Assembly: GCA_027622665.1 (NCBI GenBank)
Contig: JAQBYT010000014.1
Location: 1-64,000 of the forward strand
DNA length: 64,000 nucleotides
Reading direction: 5' to 3'
Source: Verrucomicrobiota bacterium
GTDB taxonomy: Bacteria; Verrucomicrobiota; Verrucomicrobiia; Opitutales; Seribacteraceae
Under the pieces are notes generated by a model. The model was not told where the DNA came from. It ran no database searches and saw only the letters and a program-made list of their open reading frames with translations. Every line of letters starts with the position of its first letter. Within the stretch, counting starts at the first letter, position 1. The translations under genes were made by a program, and so were the position numbers. Shown piece by piece: positions 1 through 10,956 of this stretch.

Positions 1-2279
1 CCCGCCACTTTAACGCGGCGTGCCGTGCCGATGGAGGCGGATTTACGCATCCCCTCGACGAGGGCATCGTAATGTTCCGATTGCAGCCCGATAGGGTCTC
101 CACCGTGGTCGATGCGGGATGACGGTTCCTGATACAGGAGGGTGGGGCGTGTTCGTGTTTCTCGGCGGGCTAGAGACGCCGCGAAGCAAGCCATACTGAG
201 AGGACTTTGGCGAAGCCCGCCTTGGCCTATGGAAACATTGAAGGTGTCTTCCAATGTCCATTTTACGCCAATGCGTCTCATTTTCCATTCGGGATCCGGA
301 ACTATGGGGGAATCGGGAATGGAGGGAAGTTCAATGGAGGGTTGCTCGTGCATCCCGAAACGCTTGGCTTCGGCAATAAGCAGTTTGTGCTTAAGGTCTT
401 GTCCTGCGCGATAGAAGAATACGTTGCAGCTTTGGGAAATAGCATTAACCAGATCCATTTCTCCGTGTCGACCCGGATGAATATGACATTTCATGCCTTT
501 GTATTTGCCATCGCATTCACTAATGGTGTCTGGGGTGAGCTTGCTAGCCCTTAGTGCGCCGATTGCAGTGATGAGCTTGAAAGGAGATGCTGGAGAATAG
601 CCTGGGTGAATGGCTCTTGAAAGCCACGCTTGCTTTCTTTGTATGTCTTGAAAAGTCTTTTGGGAAATTCTGGGAGAAAGATTATTGAGGTCATAATCAG
701 GTTTGCTTGCGAGTACCAGTATTTCACCTGTGTCTACCTTGATCATGACTCCTGCTCCCGGAGTGAGTGGCGGCGGAGCAGTGACATATCGGTGGGATGA
801 GGCCTTCAGTCTTTCCAGCACACCACGGGAATAGAGTACTTCCAAAAGGCGTTCTGCATCTTTTTGTGTGCCCTCGAAGCCAGCAACCGTCGATGCTTCT
901 TCCGCACCAAGAGGAACGGGAGCATCCAGAAAGGCTTGCAACAGGAGTTCGGCCGCCTCTTCTTTTTCTCCGGCATCTCTCATTGCGGATCGAGTAAGCC
1001 GAAGAATTGCTTTACGCCAATCGTGATCAGGTAGTGTCCTATGGGCTGCCACTCGCCCAATAATTCCTTTTAAAGCTGTCTCGGTCGCCACTTGAAGGTC
1101 GGCATCCAAGCTTAGCCGTAGAGATTCTCCTTTGCGAGGTTGCTTTTCTTTAACCTGTTGAAATTTCGAGCCCATTGGATCGACCCTCCATATGTCGCCC
1201 CCATCCTGACCACGCAGCTTTTCGTCAAAATATTTTTCAATTCCTGCTTTTCCTTTTCTGCCTTTTAGCTCGAATGTCGCTAGGTCAGCTTCAGGAAGGG
1301 CATTAACATCCGACTTATACCCGCTCCCCACATAACCAAGTACATGGGATGCTGCAGAATTATAAGGGTAGTACCGTACTGCTTCGGTTACTATTTTGAC
1401 TGGAGAGTTTACCTGAATACCTTCGAGGAGAACGGCGTATTCCTCCGGTTTTAGATCCCCTGCGAGTTCCATTGGCAAAACTAGTCGACGATTCCAATGC
1501 AACTGTAGTTGACCCATCGACAATATCTCCTGTCGCCCACAGAGCTGATTTATTAGGCGAAGGTATTTTTGTACCACGGCGTGGCGAGCTTCCCATTCCA
1601 AACTAATCCCGCTGATGCTTAACGAGTTCTCCGGGTTGCAAGACAATCCACCTTTGGGAGTTGTCTCAAAGTCTATTTTGCAAAGTCCCGCTAAATCGAC
1701 CGTGACATCTGTGCTCGCTCCTTCTATTGAGATTTTCGACCGAAGGTTTGGGTTGTGTGATGAAATGATTGATAACCACTTCCCCGTCCGACTTTGATTT
1801 ACAGTCAGGCGCTTTCCTTGCCAATGGATCTTCACTCGGCTTTGGCTCTCCGACTCTCCGTGAAGGTGTATTGGGCGTTGGCTTGGTAAACCGAAGCGGG
1901 GATTGTGACTAATCGCCATCGCTGTCTCAAAGGGCAAGGGGGTTTGTTCCAGGAGTAACTGCTTTAATTGACGTGCTTTGCGAACAAGTTTGATTTTCTC
2001 CAACTTGATTTCTTCACGTAGCATCTCGAGCCTGATCACCGCCGAGTAGTGTGCTCGGTTACCGATGAGCAGTCGCCCGTCACGATCAAATACATCTCCT
2101 CGGGGTCCTGGTCGAAGAATTCGTCGATGGGTTTGTTTGCGTTCGAGTTCTCGATATTCTGACGCTTGGTACAACTGGCGATAACCCAGCGTTGTTGCGA
2201 GGATTAGGAGCAGAATGCCGCACAAAATGAAAATTGGACGAAGGCGTCTTGCCTCGGGGATGTGCTTCTCGGCAATCAT
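1..2279 (-). CDS. mrdA: Penicillin-binding protein 2 (class B transpeptidase), 3'-partial at the window edge
   Basis: Not in the ORF track because it has no stop inside the window. Manual translation from ATG 2279 (ATGA overlap with mreD stop) stays open to base 3. N-terminal TM, 'PGPRGDVFDRDGRLL', 'RYYPYNSAASHVLGYVG', 'GEILVLASKPDYD', SxxK motif SPFK (587-576), SxN motif SCN (431-423). Follows mreBCD. Confidence 0.93.
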   Translation of the reverse strand, partial: MIAEKHIPEARRLRPIFILCGILLLILATTLGYRQLYQASEYRELERKQTHRRILRPGPRGDVFDRDGRLLIGNRAHYSAVIRLEMLREEIKLEKIKLVRKARQLKQLLLEQTPLPFETAMAISHNPRFGLPSQRPIHLHGESESQSRVKIHWQGKRLTVNQSRTGKWLSIISSHNPNLRSKISIEGASTDVTVDLAGLCKIDFETTPKGGLSCNPENSLSISGISLEWEARHAVVQKYLRLINQLCGRQEILSMGQLQLHWNRRLVLPMELAGDLKPEEYAVLLEGIQVNSPVKIVTEAVRYYPYNSAASHVLGYVGSGYKSDVNALPEADLATFELKGRKGKAGIEKYFDEKLRGQDGGDIWRVDPMGSKFQQVKEKQPRKGESLRLSLDADLQVATETALKGIIGRVAAHRTLPDHDWRKAILRLTRSAMRDAGEKEEAAELLLQAFLDAPVPLGAEEASTVAGFEGTQKDAERLLEVLYSRGVLERLKASSHRYVTAPPPLTPGAGVMIKVDTGEILVLASKPDYDLNNLSPRISQKTFQDIQRKQAWLSRAIHPGYSPASPFKLITAIGALRASKLTPDTISECDGKYKGMKCHIHPGRHGEMDLVNAISQSCNVFFYRAGQDLKHKLLIAEAKRFGMHEQPSIELPSIPDSPIVPDPEWKMRRIGVKWTLEDTFNVSIGQGGLRQSPLSMACFAASLARRETRTRPTLLYQEPSSRIDHGGDPIGLQSEHYDALVEGMRKSASIGTARRVKVA

Positions 2280-2809
2280 TGGGCAACTGGTTGTGCGCTC
2301 GATTCCACTCCATCAAATTGAGGCAGGTTGTTTTGGAAGGCAAGAAACCAAGATCCTAGGGGGATCAATAAAAGTTGTGACGCAATGATGTCGATGGAAA
2401 GCCGGTGCAGGTCTTGAAATGCTGTGTCTCCTGATTGTGCGAAGCTTGAGATGGAAAGAGTAGCGATAAGAAAAAGATTTGCGGCCTGTTGATACATGTG
2501 TGGTCTGAGACCTCGAGTTGCCTTCATCCCTTCACCTCCTTCACGGGCGATCAAATGGCAAAATGTCAAACCAAACGCATGTAGACCAAAGGGGCTTGTG
2601 GTCGTGGAGTCGATTAGCAAGCCGGTAAGAAATGCTACCATCGCTCCGTTGCGATTGCTCAATCGAGTGGACCCGAAAAGAAAAAAGAGTCCCGGCAAAT
2701 GAAAGAAAATCCCGTATCGCCCCCAGTAATCATTCCACGAGAACAAAAGGAAAAGTACTAGACAATTACTCGACAGGACGAGAAGTGCGTACAGGTTTTG
2801 CCTTTTCAT
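2276..2809 (-). CDS. mreD: Rod shape-determining protein MreD (membrane)
   Basis: 177-aa hydrophobic ORF with 'AFLTGLLID...PFGLHAF', between mreC and mrdA. Confidence 0.8.
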   Translation of the reverse strand: MKRQNLYALLVLSSNCLVLFLLFSWNDYWGRYGIFFHLPGLFFLFGSTRLSNRNGAMVAFLTGLLIDSTTTSPFGLHAFGLTFCHLIAREGGEGMKATRGLRPHMYQQAANLFLIATLSISSFAQSGDTAFQDLHRLSIDIIASQLLLIPLGSWFLAFQNNLPQFDGVESSAQPVAQ

Positions 2810-3657
2810 CGGGGGGGGGATGAATCGTCTCGTGGCAATAGAACGGTTACTTCTCGAAGTTTGCCCAAAAGTTCGTCCAATTCAACCCTTCCGCTCTTGA
2901 AGAGACCGTCTTCCCCTCCTTCGAGTTTATTTACAAACCCTATGGCAATTCCTGCGGGAAAGGTACCTCCTAATGAAGAAGTAAGGAGTCTTAATGGCTT
3001 TCCCTCAATGGGGGAAAGGTCATGAGGTGCGTTGCGGACGATGCCGAAAGGTTTGCCTCCCAAGGGAATCCCGCCACCTTGAAAGGTGACGGGACGGTCA
3101 TCTCCCTCAAATTGAGCTGCAACCCTAAATTGCGGGCTGGTGACGAGCCTTACCGTAGCCCATCGGTTCCCCACTTCACTGACACGACCTGCCACTCCGT
3201 TGGCGGAAACAACTCCCGCTCCAACCGTGAGATTTCTGGCACCGCCTTTACGCAAGGTTACGTTTTGCCACCAAGCGGATAAATCCCGCCGGCTTACTCT
3301 TGCCACAACTGCTTTGAATCCAGGTTCCGGAGGCATGGACAGAGCAGTTTCCAAGCGTGTGATTTCGCTTCTCAAGAGTTTGATCTGTGGAAGGGACGGC
3401 TTGGCCTCGAGTGCGGCCGATCCTCTAGCGTTTTCTCGACCTTTCTCAATTAGGGTTTTCTTCGAGTCGGAAAGGTGGCCCCAGTACTCGCTTAGGTCTT
3501 CGGCTCTGGATGCCAGCTCCCAGATAGGAGCTTGAAATTCTTGAAAACTCGAACGGGTCGCCAATTTCCACCCAGCGGGGAGCAACCACCAGACTACTAG
3601 AAAGCCAGTGAGTATTAGGAACGGTTTAGCTCGCTCGGTGGACTTGTCACTAGCCAA
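2806..3657 (-). CDS. mreC: Rod shape-determining protein MreC
   Basis: N-terminal TM, coiled coil, 'VVSANGVAGRVSEV', 'LLTSSLGGTFPAGIAIG'; downstream of mreB. Confidence 0.93.
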   Translation of the reverse strand: MASDKSTERAKPFLILTGFLVVWWLLPAGWKLATRSSFQEFQAPIWELASRAEDLSEYWGHLSDSKKTLIEKGRENARGSAALEAKPSLPQIKLLRSEITRLETALSMPPEPGFKAVVARVSRRDLSAWWQNVTLRKGGARNLTVGAGVVSANGVAGRVSEVGNRWATVRLVTSPQFRVAAQFEGDDRPVTFQGGGIPLGGKPFGIVRNAPHDLSPIEGKPLRLLTSSLGGTFPAGIAIGFVNKLEGGEDGLFKSGRVELDELLGKLREVTVLLPRDDSSPPR

Positions 3658-3667
3658 GGCTGTGGCT

Positions 3668-4714
<1,047 letters not shown>

Positions 4715-4845
4715 TTAATCGTTAATTGTACTTGTTCGGTTTGTCCCAATTTCCCCGCTCCTGTCAAAGATAAAGGGAGAGTCGGAGTGAGTTTTGCTAA
4801 ATTTATCTAAAATATAGCCCACGGTTTCAGTCCTTTTTTCACCAG

Positions 4846-5685
4846 TTACTGTTTTCGCGACGCGACCTTTTCCGCCAGCATGACCAAGGCAATTCCTCCG
4901 GCGGCAAGAAACAGTGAGTAAAATTGACCCCGCGACATTTCCATAATTAGTGAGGCGTCCGGTTCGCGAAAGAATTCGTCGGCAATTCGAGCAAAGGCGT
5001 ATACGATGAGAAATTCTCCGGACAATCTTCCCGGCACACGAGTGGAAACATCCGTTTTCCAGAACCGCCATTGAATGTAGGTGAAAGTTAAAAGTCCTTC
5101 GAGGGCAGCGGCATACAATTGAGATGGGTGCCGGGCGATCCCCTCGGCAAAATCGGGAGCATGTGGAAAGAGTACCGCCCAAGAAACTTCTGTCGGGCGT
5201 CCCCAAAGCTCTCCATTAATGAAGTTGGCAATTCTGCCGAAGCAAAGTCCAGGTGGTACAACGCATACGATAAGGTCGCCAATCGGGAAAGGGGATTGTT
5301 TTGATACACGTGCGTACCAGAGTGTCGCGATACAAACGCCAATGAAACCTCCATGGCTCGACATGCCGCCTTCCCATACTCGAAACAGCATCAAGGGGTC
5401 TTCCATTAGTTTCGGCCAGTTGTATAACAGTGCATGACCGACTCTACCCCCCAGCAGCACTCCGAGGACTTGGAAGGTCAGCAGGTTTAGAATCTGTTCG
5501 GGTTCGTATGGACTACGGTTTTTTTTCCAAAAAAGTCGTAGCAGTATGCCAGCGGCGACAAAGCCGCAGAGATAAGATATTCCGTACCAGCGAATGCCTC
5601 CCGGGCCCCAATCGCGAAACGCCTCTGGGAATTTATACAGAAATGGACTCAAGTCATGAACCCAGTATTGAGTTTCGGCTGGCAT
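4846..5685 (-). CDS. lgt: Prolipoprotein diacylglyceryl transferase
   Basis: 'IRWYG', 'WEGGMSSHGG', 'GRIANFINGELWGRPT', 'RHPSQLY'. Confidence 0.97.
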   Translation of the reverse strand: MPAETQYWVHDLSPFLYKFPEAFRDWGPGGIRWYGISYLCGFVAAGILLRLFWKKNRSPYEPEQILNLLTFQVLGVLLGGRVGHALLYNWPKLMEDPLMLFRVWEGGMSSHGGFIGVCIATLWYARVSKQSPFPIGDLIVCVVPPGLCFGRIANFINGELWGRPTEVSWAVLFPHAPDFAEGIARHPSQLYAAALEGLLTFTYIQWRFWKTDVSTRVPGRLSGEFLIVYAFARIADEFFREPDASLIMEMSRGQFYSLFLAAGGIALVMLAEKVASRKQ

Positions 5686-6776
5686 TACGCTTCTTTCGGG
5701 GAGAATTCGGAAGGTGGGTTTGTAACGATTTCTCCTTGTTGGATAATGTTACTTTTGCGTCTAGCAAATTCTCGCATGTCGACAGCAACGTCGTCGTGCT
5801 CAAAGATTTCTTGGCCGAGAATGCTTTCGATAATATCTTCCATTGCAAGGACTCCAACCGTGGAACCAAATTCGTCAGCGACTACAACGAGCTGGCTATG
5901 CTGAGCAAGGAGAAGGCAGAGAGCTTTGTCGGCAGAAGCGTTTTCAGGAACGTAGACAACCTCTTGGGCAAGTTCTTTGATTACCACTTCATCTTTGTCT
6001 TCCGCCGCAGCCTGAAGCAAATCTCTCCTACGTACTATTCCTGTGACTGAATCAATGGTCTCGGCAAATATTGGAACGCGGGCGAAAGGGATGTTTGGAT
6101 GCTTGGTAAAGACTTCACCCACGGTCATGTCTTCTTCGAAAGCAGTGACCACTGTCCGTGGCGTCATTATGTCTCGAACATGAACATCGTCGAGACGCAG
6201 GGCATTCGCAACAAGGTTGCTTTCATTATTGGACAGGCTTCCCTCCTTCGCTCCCTTTCGAGCCAAGAGAATTATTTCTTCATCCTCGTCAATCTCGCGT
6301 TCGTTGTTTTTGGGTACAACCACTTTAACGGTAGCTTTGCAGATCTTCGAGATGGGTGTCATTACGAAGCGGACGACGGCTAACGGATACACGAGATTAG
6401 CTTGAAGCCCTCCTCGGTAGGCCATCGCGATGTTTTTCGGGATAATTTCTGCGAAGAAAAGAATGCCCAATGTCATTCCACCGGCAAATACCAGCAAGCT
6501 GTTGCCGCCATCTCCAAAGGCTTTCTCGGCTAGTCCCCCAACCAGTGTGGCTCCAAGAGTGTTCGCTATTGTGTTGAGGCTTAGGATGGAAGACATCGTT
6601 TCCTCGATTTCATCTCGGTATCTCTCAAGTATTTCGCCTTTTCGGGAAGACTTTTTCTTCAAGGACTCGATTTCGACGGGCGTTATGCTCAGGATCATTG
6701 CTTCCAAGGTCGAGCAAAGGGCGGATATCCCAATCGTCAGCGTGATTGCTGCAATTAGGTCAGGGAGTAAATTCAT
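5685..6776 (-). CDS. CNNM (DUF21) plus CBS-pair membrane protein (hemolysin/CorC-like metal homeostasis)
   Basis: 'ILSLNTIANT', 'AEIIPKNIA', 'DIMTPRT', 'VADEFGSTVGVLAMEDIIESILGQEI'. Confidence 0.9.
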   Translation of the reverse strand: MNLLPDLIAAITLTIGISALCSTLEAMILSITPVEIESLKKKSSRKGEILERYRDEIEETMSSILSLNTIANTLGATLVGGLAEKAFGDGGNSLLVFAGGMTLGILFFAEIIPKNIAMAYRGGLQANLVYPLAVVRFVMTPISKICKATVKVVVPKNNEREIDEDEEIILLARKGAKEGSLSNNESNLVANALRLDDVHVRDIMTPRTVVTAFEEDMTVGEVFTKHPNIPFARVPIFAETIDSVTGIVRRRDLLQAAAEDKDEVVIKELAQEVVYVPENASADKALCLLLAQHSQLVVVADEFGSTVGVLAMEDIIESILGQEIFEHDDVAVDMREFARRKSNIIQQGEIVTNPPSEFSPKEA

Positions 6777-6990
6777 CCTTGAAATAAAAATCGCCCTAAT
6801 AGATTGGCGATCAACGTTTCTTGACTGTTTCCGTCTTTGTTACAGCCCATTCAAATATAGCAATTGGAACGGATGTTATGGCTTGAGGATGAAGTACCCC
6901 GCAGGTTAATATTGCGTTTTCCCGTTTGGGTTCTCATTGAGTCAATTCTTTACTATCCAACCATCCTATAACTGCGAACGCAAGAAATTG

Positions 6991-8106
6991 TTGAAAAACC
7001 TGAACCTAACACTTGACCTGAGAACGCTTGCTCTTCGAGATTTCCACGAAGACTTGGGAGCAAAATTCACAACATTTGCATCATGGGAAATGCCGATTGC
7101 ATATGGCAGTTCGGTAGAGGAGCACATGTCCGCCCGTAAAGCGGCAGCGATCTTCGATGTTAGCCACATGGGTGAAATTCAAGTGCTTGGCCGCGATGCC
7201 GGTCTATTTCTTGACTATGCCCTAACCAATTGGATTTCCACTGTAGACGTCGGTCAAGCTGTCTATTCTCCCATGTGTGACGAGACCGGCGGCGTGATTG
7301 ATGACCTTATTGCCTACAAAAGAAGCAAGGATGACTATCTTTTATGCGTCAATGCTTCGAATGTTGAAACAGACTTTGATTACTTGAAAAATCTCGCGAC
7401 TAGCTTTGCCTGTGAAGTGGTTGATCTGTCGCAGAAATACGGTCAGCTTGCCGTCCAAGGTCCGGATGCATTGGCAATTGTCTCACAATCCGCGGGCGTG
7501 GACCTCAGTGTTATTGGCAAGATGCATTTCATGGAGGTTGATGTCTTTGACTCTCCCGTACTTTTAGCTCGTAGCGGTTATACTGGAGAGGATGGTTTCG
7601 AGATCTATTGCCGGAGCGAGGCCCTTAACTCTTGGGCAGATGCTCTTGTGGCGTCGGGCGAATCTTATGGACTTCGCTGGGCTGGCTTGGCTGCACGCGA
7701 TAGTCTTCGTCTCGAGGCCGGGCTGCCTTTGCATGGGCACGAACTGTCTGCCCAGATTACTCCCATTCAAGCAGGTTTGGGATGGTCGGTGAAGTGGGAT
7801 AAGCCAAGAGGTTTCGTGGGATGTGAAGCCTTGCTCGCGGAAAAGGAGGATGGCCCAGCCGGTCGATTGGGGCATTATGTCGTGGAAGACCGTAGAATCC
7901 CTAGGGAGGGTGACGCCATTATGTTTGAGGATATTGCAGTCGGTAGGGTTACGTCTGGTGGTTACTCGCCTTTGTTGGGTAAACCAATCGGGACCGCTTG
8001 GTTCCAATCTGAATACTGGGCTCAACGAATGAATCAGGGTTGGGGCGCAAAGGTTAGAGGTCGCTCCGTATCGATCTCCATCGGAAAACCTGCCCTTCGT
8101 CGCTAA
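6991..8106 (+). CDS. gcvT: Glycine cleavage system aminomethyltransferase T
   Basis: 'FDVSHMGEI', 'GGVIDDLI', 'RSGYTGEDGFEI', 'GLAARDSLRLEAG'. Start uncertain: the ORF opens at 6937, TTG at 6988/6991 is more plausible. Confidence 0.93.
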   Translation: MKNLNLTLDLRTLALRDFHEDLGAKFTTFASWEMPIAYGSSVEEHMSARKAAAIFDVSHMGEIQVLGRDAGLFLDYALTNWISTVDVGQAVYSPMCDETGGVIDDLIAYKRSKDDYLLCVNASNVETDFDYLKNLATSFACEVVDLSQKYGQLAVQGPDALAIVSQSAGVDLSVIGKMHFMEVDVFDSPVLLARSGYTGEDGFEIYCRSEALNSWADALVASGESYGLRWAGLAARDSLRLEAGLPLHGHELSAQITPIQAGLGWSVKWDKPRGFVGCEALLAEKEDGPAGRLGHYVVEDRRIPREGDAIMFEDIAVGRVTSGGYSPLLGKPIGTAWFQSEYWAQRMNQGWGAKVRGRSVSISIGKPALRR

Positions 8107-8178
8107 ATCGACTCGTTATACTAGGGGTGCTCGACAGATGGCGCTCAGATCAAGCCATTCAATGTCTCCCTTTTGGGA

Positions 8179-8628
8179 CTATTTGTTCTCACGGAACCCT
8201 TTGACGACGACGTCTACTCCTCCGAAATTCTTAAGACCGAGATTACCAACGAGGACAAGCTCAACACGTTCGCGAAGGGCTGATCGAGTTTCTTTGATAT
8301 TACAGTCGGCGTCCACCCTGAGACGCACATGTAGACGAAGTTTTCCCCGAAGGTGTACAATTTTCGTAGTAGGGGAGTGAACGGCATCTAGGTCTTCACA
8401 AGATTTTCGGACGAGTTCGTGAAGTGCGTTTGGGGTGATTTGTACGGCTCCTTCTTCGTCTGAAAATGCGAGAATGAGTTCGCGTCGAAACTTCCGTAAC
8501 AGATACAGCAATAAGAGTACAAAAAATAGTAGTGCCGAGGCTGCTTGGTAGAAGGGTTCGCGTATGGCCTCGGAGAAAGTGAGTTCCCATATTTCCGAGG
8601 GAAGAATCTGGGTGCAAATGATTTCCAT
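8179..8628 (-). CDS. Membrane-anchored Asp23-associated protein (AmaP-like)
   Basis: Single TM followed by 'GAVQITPNALHELVRK' and an Asp23-like alpha/beta pattern; adjacent to an Asp23 gene. Confidence 0.6.
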   Translation of the reverse strand: MEIICTQILPSEIWELTFSEAIREPFYQAASALLFFVLLLLYLLRKFRRELILAFSDEEGAVQITPNALHELVRKSCEDLDAVHSPTTKIVHLRGKLRLHVRLRVDADCNIKETRSALRERVELVLVGNLGLKNFGGVDVVVKGFRENK

Positions 8629-8651
8629 AAGGAACTCGAGGGGGGTGAGAT

Positions 8652-9116
8652 TTAGCCGGCTGACTGTCCGTCCACATAGTAGTCCGACAACTCATCTTTT
8701 TCTTCAGAAGCATCCATTTTGATGTCGTCTATAATAACGTCAATTTTTGACGCGGGGTTTCCAGTCATCGCTAGAATCTGATCCCTGATGCTTTCCTGAA
8801 TGGCGAAACCCGTCTTGGCCAAGTCGACTCCGAATTCTAAGACCACTCGAACTTCGATTTGGTAGCCACCAGTAGGTTCAGTTTCTGATACCTTAACCCC
8901 TCGCTCTGATTCTTTTTTGGAAAAGAAATCGGTGATTCCTTCAACGACACCGCCACCTCCTACTGATACCACTCCTTGAACCGATTTGGTAGCCAAACGG
9001 ACGATGCCTGCAACAACGCTGTTGTTGATTTTGATTTCACCGAGGTCGGTTGACTCATCGGACAGAGTGGGGATGGAGAAGTCTTCGGAGACATCTAGTT
9101 TCTTTTTCGTGGCCAT
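8652..9116 (-). CDS. Asp23/Gls24 family protein (YqhY-like)
   Basis: 'LGEIKINNSVVAGIV', 'GVKV', 'IQESIRDQILAMTG...IDVIIDDI'. Confidence 0.88.
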   Translation of the reverse strand: MATKKKLDVSEDFSIPTLSDESTDLGEIKINNSVVAGIVRLATKSVQGVVSVGGGGVVEGITDFFSKKESERGVKVSETEPTGGYQIEVRVVLEFGVDLAKTGFAIQESIRDQILAMTGNPASKIDVIIDDIKMDASEEKDELSDYYVDGQSAG

Positions 9117-9123
9117 GGTTTAT

Positions 9124-10494
9124 TTACTTGGGTTCGAATAATTCTTTGGGTGCTCGGTTCAAGAATTCCTCGAGATAGCTGGTGGTTGCCTCTCCTTGGC
9201 GAAAGGCGGGATCTACGATGATGGATTTGCACAAGCCAACATTGGTGTGAATCCCGCGAATCAGATACTCGCTCAATGCTCGATACATGCGGTCGAGGGC
9301 TATTTTTCTTGTGCGTCCGTAAGTCATGAGCTTTCCGATCATGCTGTCATAGTGTGGAGAAACTTTATAACCACCGTAGACATGAGAGTCAACTCTTACG
9401 CCATGACCGCCTGGAGGATAGTACAGTGTTATTTCTCCGGGAGATGGAGCGAAATTGGCTGCAGGGTTTTCGGCGCATATCCGACATTCAATTGCATGCT
9501 TGGAGAGAATTACGTCCTTTTGGTCGAACCCTATGCGTTGTCCATCTGCTATTTGTATTTGCTCCTTGATTAAGTCGATTCCGGTGGCTTCCTCGGTGAC
9601 ACCGTGTTCAACCTGTATTCTGGTGTTCATTTCGATAAAGTAGAAATTACCTTTGGCATCAACTAGGAATTCGATTGTGCCGGCATTTTCGTATTCCGCT
9701 GCTTCGGCCGCTTTAATCGCAATTTTACCCATGCGGTTACGTAGTGCCTTGTCCAAGAACGGCGATGGAGCTTCTTCAATTATCTTCTGATGTCTTCGTT
9801 GTACAGAGCAGTCCCGCTCTCCTAGGTGCAAAATTTTGCCGTGTTTGTCGGCAAGTATTTGGAATTCTATGTGGCGCGGGCTTTCCAGATATTTCTCCAC
9901 GTACATCGTACCATCGCCAAACGCTTTTTCTGCTTCCATCTTTGCGGTGAGGAATTCTTTTGTGAAAGATACGGCGTTGTGCGCAATGCGCATTCCTCGA
10001 CCCCCACCTCCGGATACCGCTTTGATTATGACTGGAAACCCAATTTTTTTGGCTACTCTCAACGCGTCTTTTTCGTCTTCTACAGGTCCGTCGCTTCCGG
10101 GAATAATCGGAACTCCCACCTTCGAAACAGTTTCTCGAGCCAGAGCCTTGTTCCCCATCTTACGAATCGTTTCTGAACGTGGACCAATGAAAATAATGTT
10201 ACAGGCTTCACATTGCTCCGCGAAGTCAGCATTTTCAGAGAGAAATCCGTATCCGGGATGAATGGCGTCGACATCCGCTACCTCCGCCGCACTCATGATC
10301 CTGTCTCCTCTCAAATAGCTTTCAGCACTTGCGGCGGGACCAATGCAAATGGCTTCGTCTGCAAGTTGTACATGAAGAGATTGTTCGTCGGCTTCGGAAT
10401 AGACAGCGATTGTCCTTATGCCTAATTCTCTGCAAGCTCGGGCTATTCGGAGGGCGATTTCGCCGCGGTTCGCAATGAGGACTTTACTGATCAT
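9124..10494 (-). CDS. accC: Acetyl-CoA carboxylase, biotin carboxylase subunit
   Basis: '[11 protein letters not shown]', '[10 protein letters not shown]', 'GGGGRGMR', '[12 protein letters not shown]', '[10 protein letters not shown]'. Confidence 0.98.
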   Translation of the reverse strand: MISKVLIANRGEIALRIARACRELGIRTIAVYSEADEQSLHVQLADEAICIGPAASAESYLRGDRIMSAAEVADVDAIHPGYGFLSENADFAEQCEACNIIFIGPRSETIRKMGNKALARETVSKVGVPIIPGSDGPVEDEKDALRVAKKIGFPVIIKAVSGGGGRGMRIAHNAVSFTKEFLTAKMEAEKAFGDGTMYVEKYLESPRHIEFQILADKHGKILHLGERDCSVQRRHQKIIEEAPSPFLDKALRNRMGKIAIKAAEAAEYENAGTIEFLVDAKGNFYFIEMNTRIQVEHGVTEEATGIDLIKEQIQIADGQRIGFDQKDVILSKHAIECRICAENPAANFAPSPGEITLYYPPGGHGVRVDSHVYGGYKVSPHYDSMIGKLMTYGRTRKIALDRMYRALSEYLIRGIHTNVGLCKSIIVDPAFRQGEATTSYLEEFLNRAPKELFEPK

Positions 10495-10506
10495 TCTGCA
10501 AAAAGA

Positions 10507-10956
10507 TTATGTAATCCTAAATAAGGGCTGTCCGTATTCGACGGTGTCGCCGTCTTCGTGAAGAATTTCATCGATGGTTCCGGCGGTGTCAGCTTTGATT
10601 TCGTTCATCACCTTCATTGCCTCAATGATACAGAGAACATCTCCTGCTTTCACTTTAGAACCCACTTCAACATAGGAAAGCTCTTCCGGTCCAGGTCTTC
10701 GGTAGAATGTTCCAACCATTGGGGACTTGAATGCATTCTGGTTGTCTTTTGCCTGCAGATTCTCATTTGGATTTAGTTTTTCGGCTGCTGCATGGGTTGG
10801 CGGCAGATGAGTCACTGGAATTTGAGTTAATGCTGTCTGACTGTTGGCATTGGGGCGTGCCAGACGTAGCTTGAGATCTTGTACTTCGATCTCCAACTCC
10901 GTAAGGTCTGTGCGCTGCATGAGGGAAATGATTCCCTTGAGGTCGGTTAGGTCCAA
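10507..10956 (-). CDS. accB: Biotin carboxyl carrier protein
   Basis: 'SPMVGTFY', biotinylation motif 'EAMKVMNEI'; TTG start. Confidence 0.97.
   Translation of the reverse strand: MDLTDLKGIISLMQRTDLTELEIEVQDLKLRLARPNANSQTALTQIPVTHLPPTHAAAEKLNPNENLQAKDNQNAFKSPMVGTFYRRPGPEELSYVEVGSKVKAGDVLCIIEAMKVMNEIKADTAGTIDEILHEDGDTVEYGQPLFRIT

Noticed and set aside
760..1960. PBP2 insertions as inteins or introns
   Set aside because: No Cys/Ser-start with His-Asn-end splice motifs or endonuclease motifs were seen, and the reading frame is continuous.
2811..2819. G9 tract at the mreC/mreD junction (and G8 near 16195) as phase-variation sites
   Set aside because: They encode Pro runs in in-frame core genes, with no evidence of switching.
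6777..6990. Glycine riboswitch upstream of gcvT
   Set aside because: The conserved GGAGA / CCGAAG / CTCTCAGG elements are absent.
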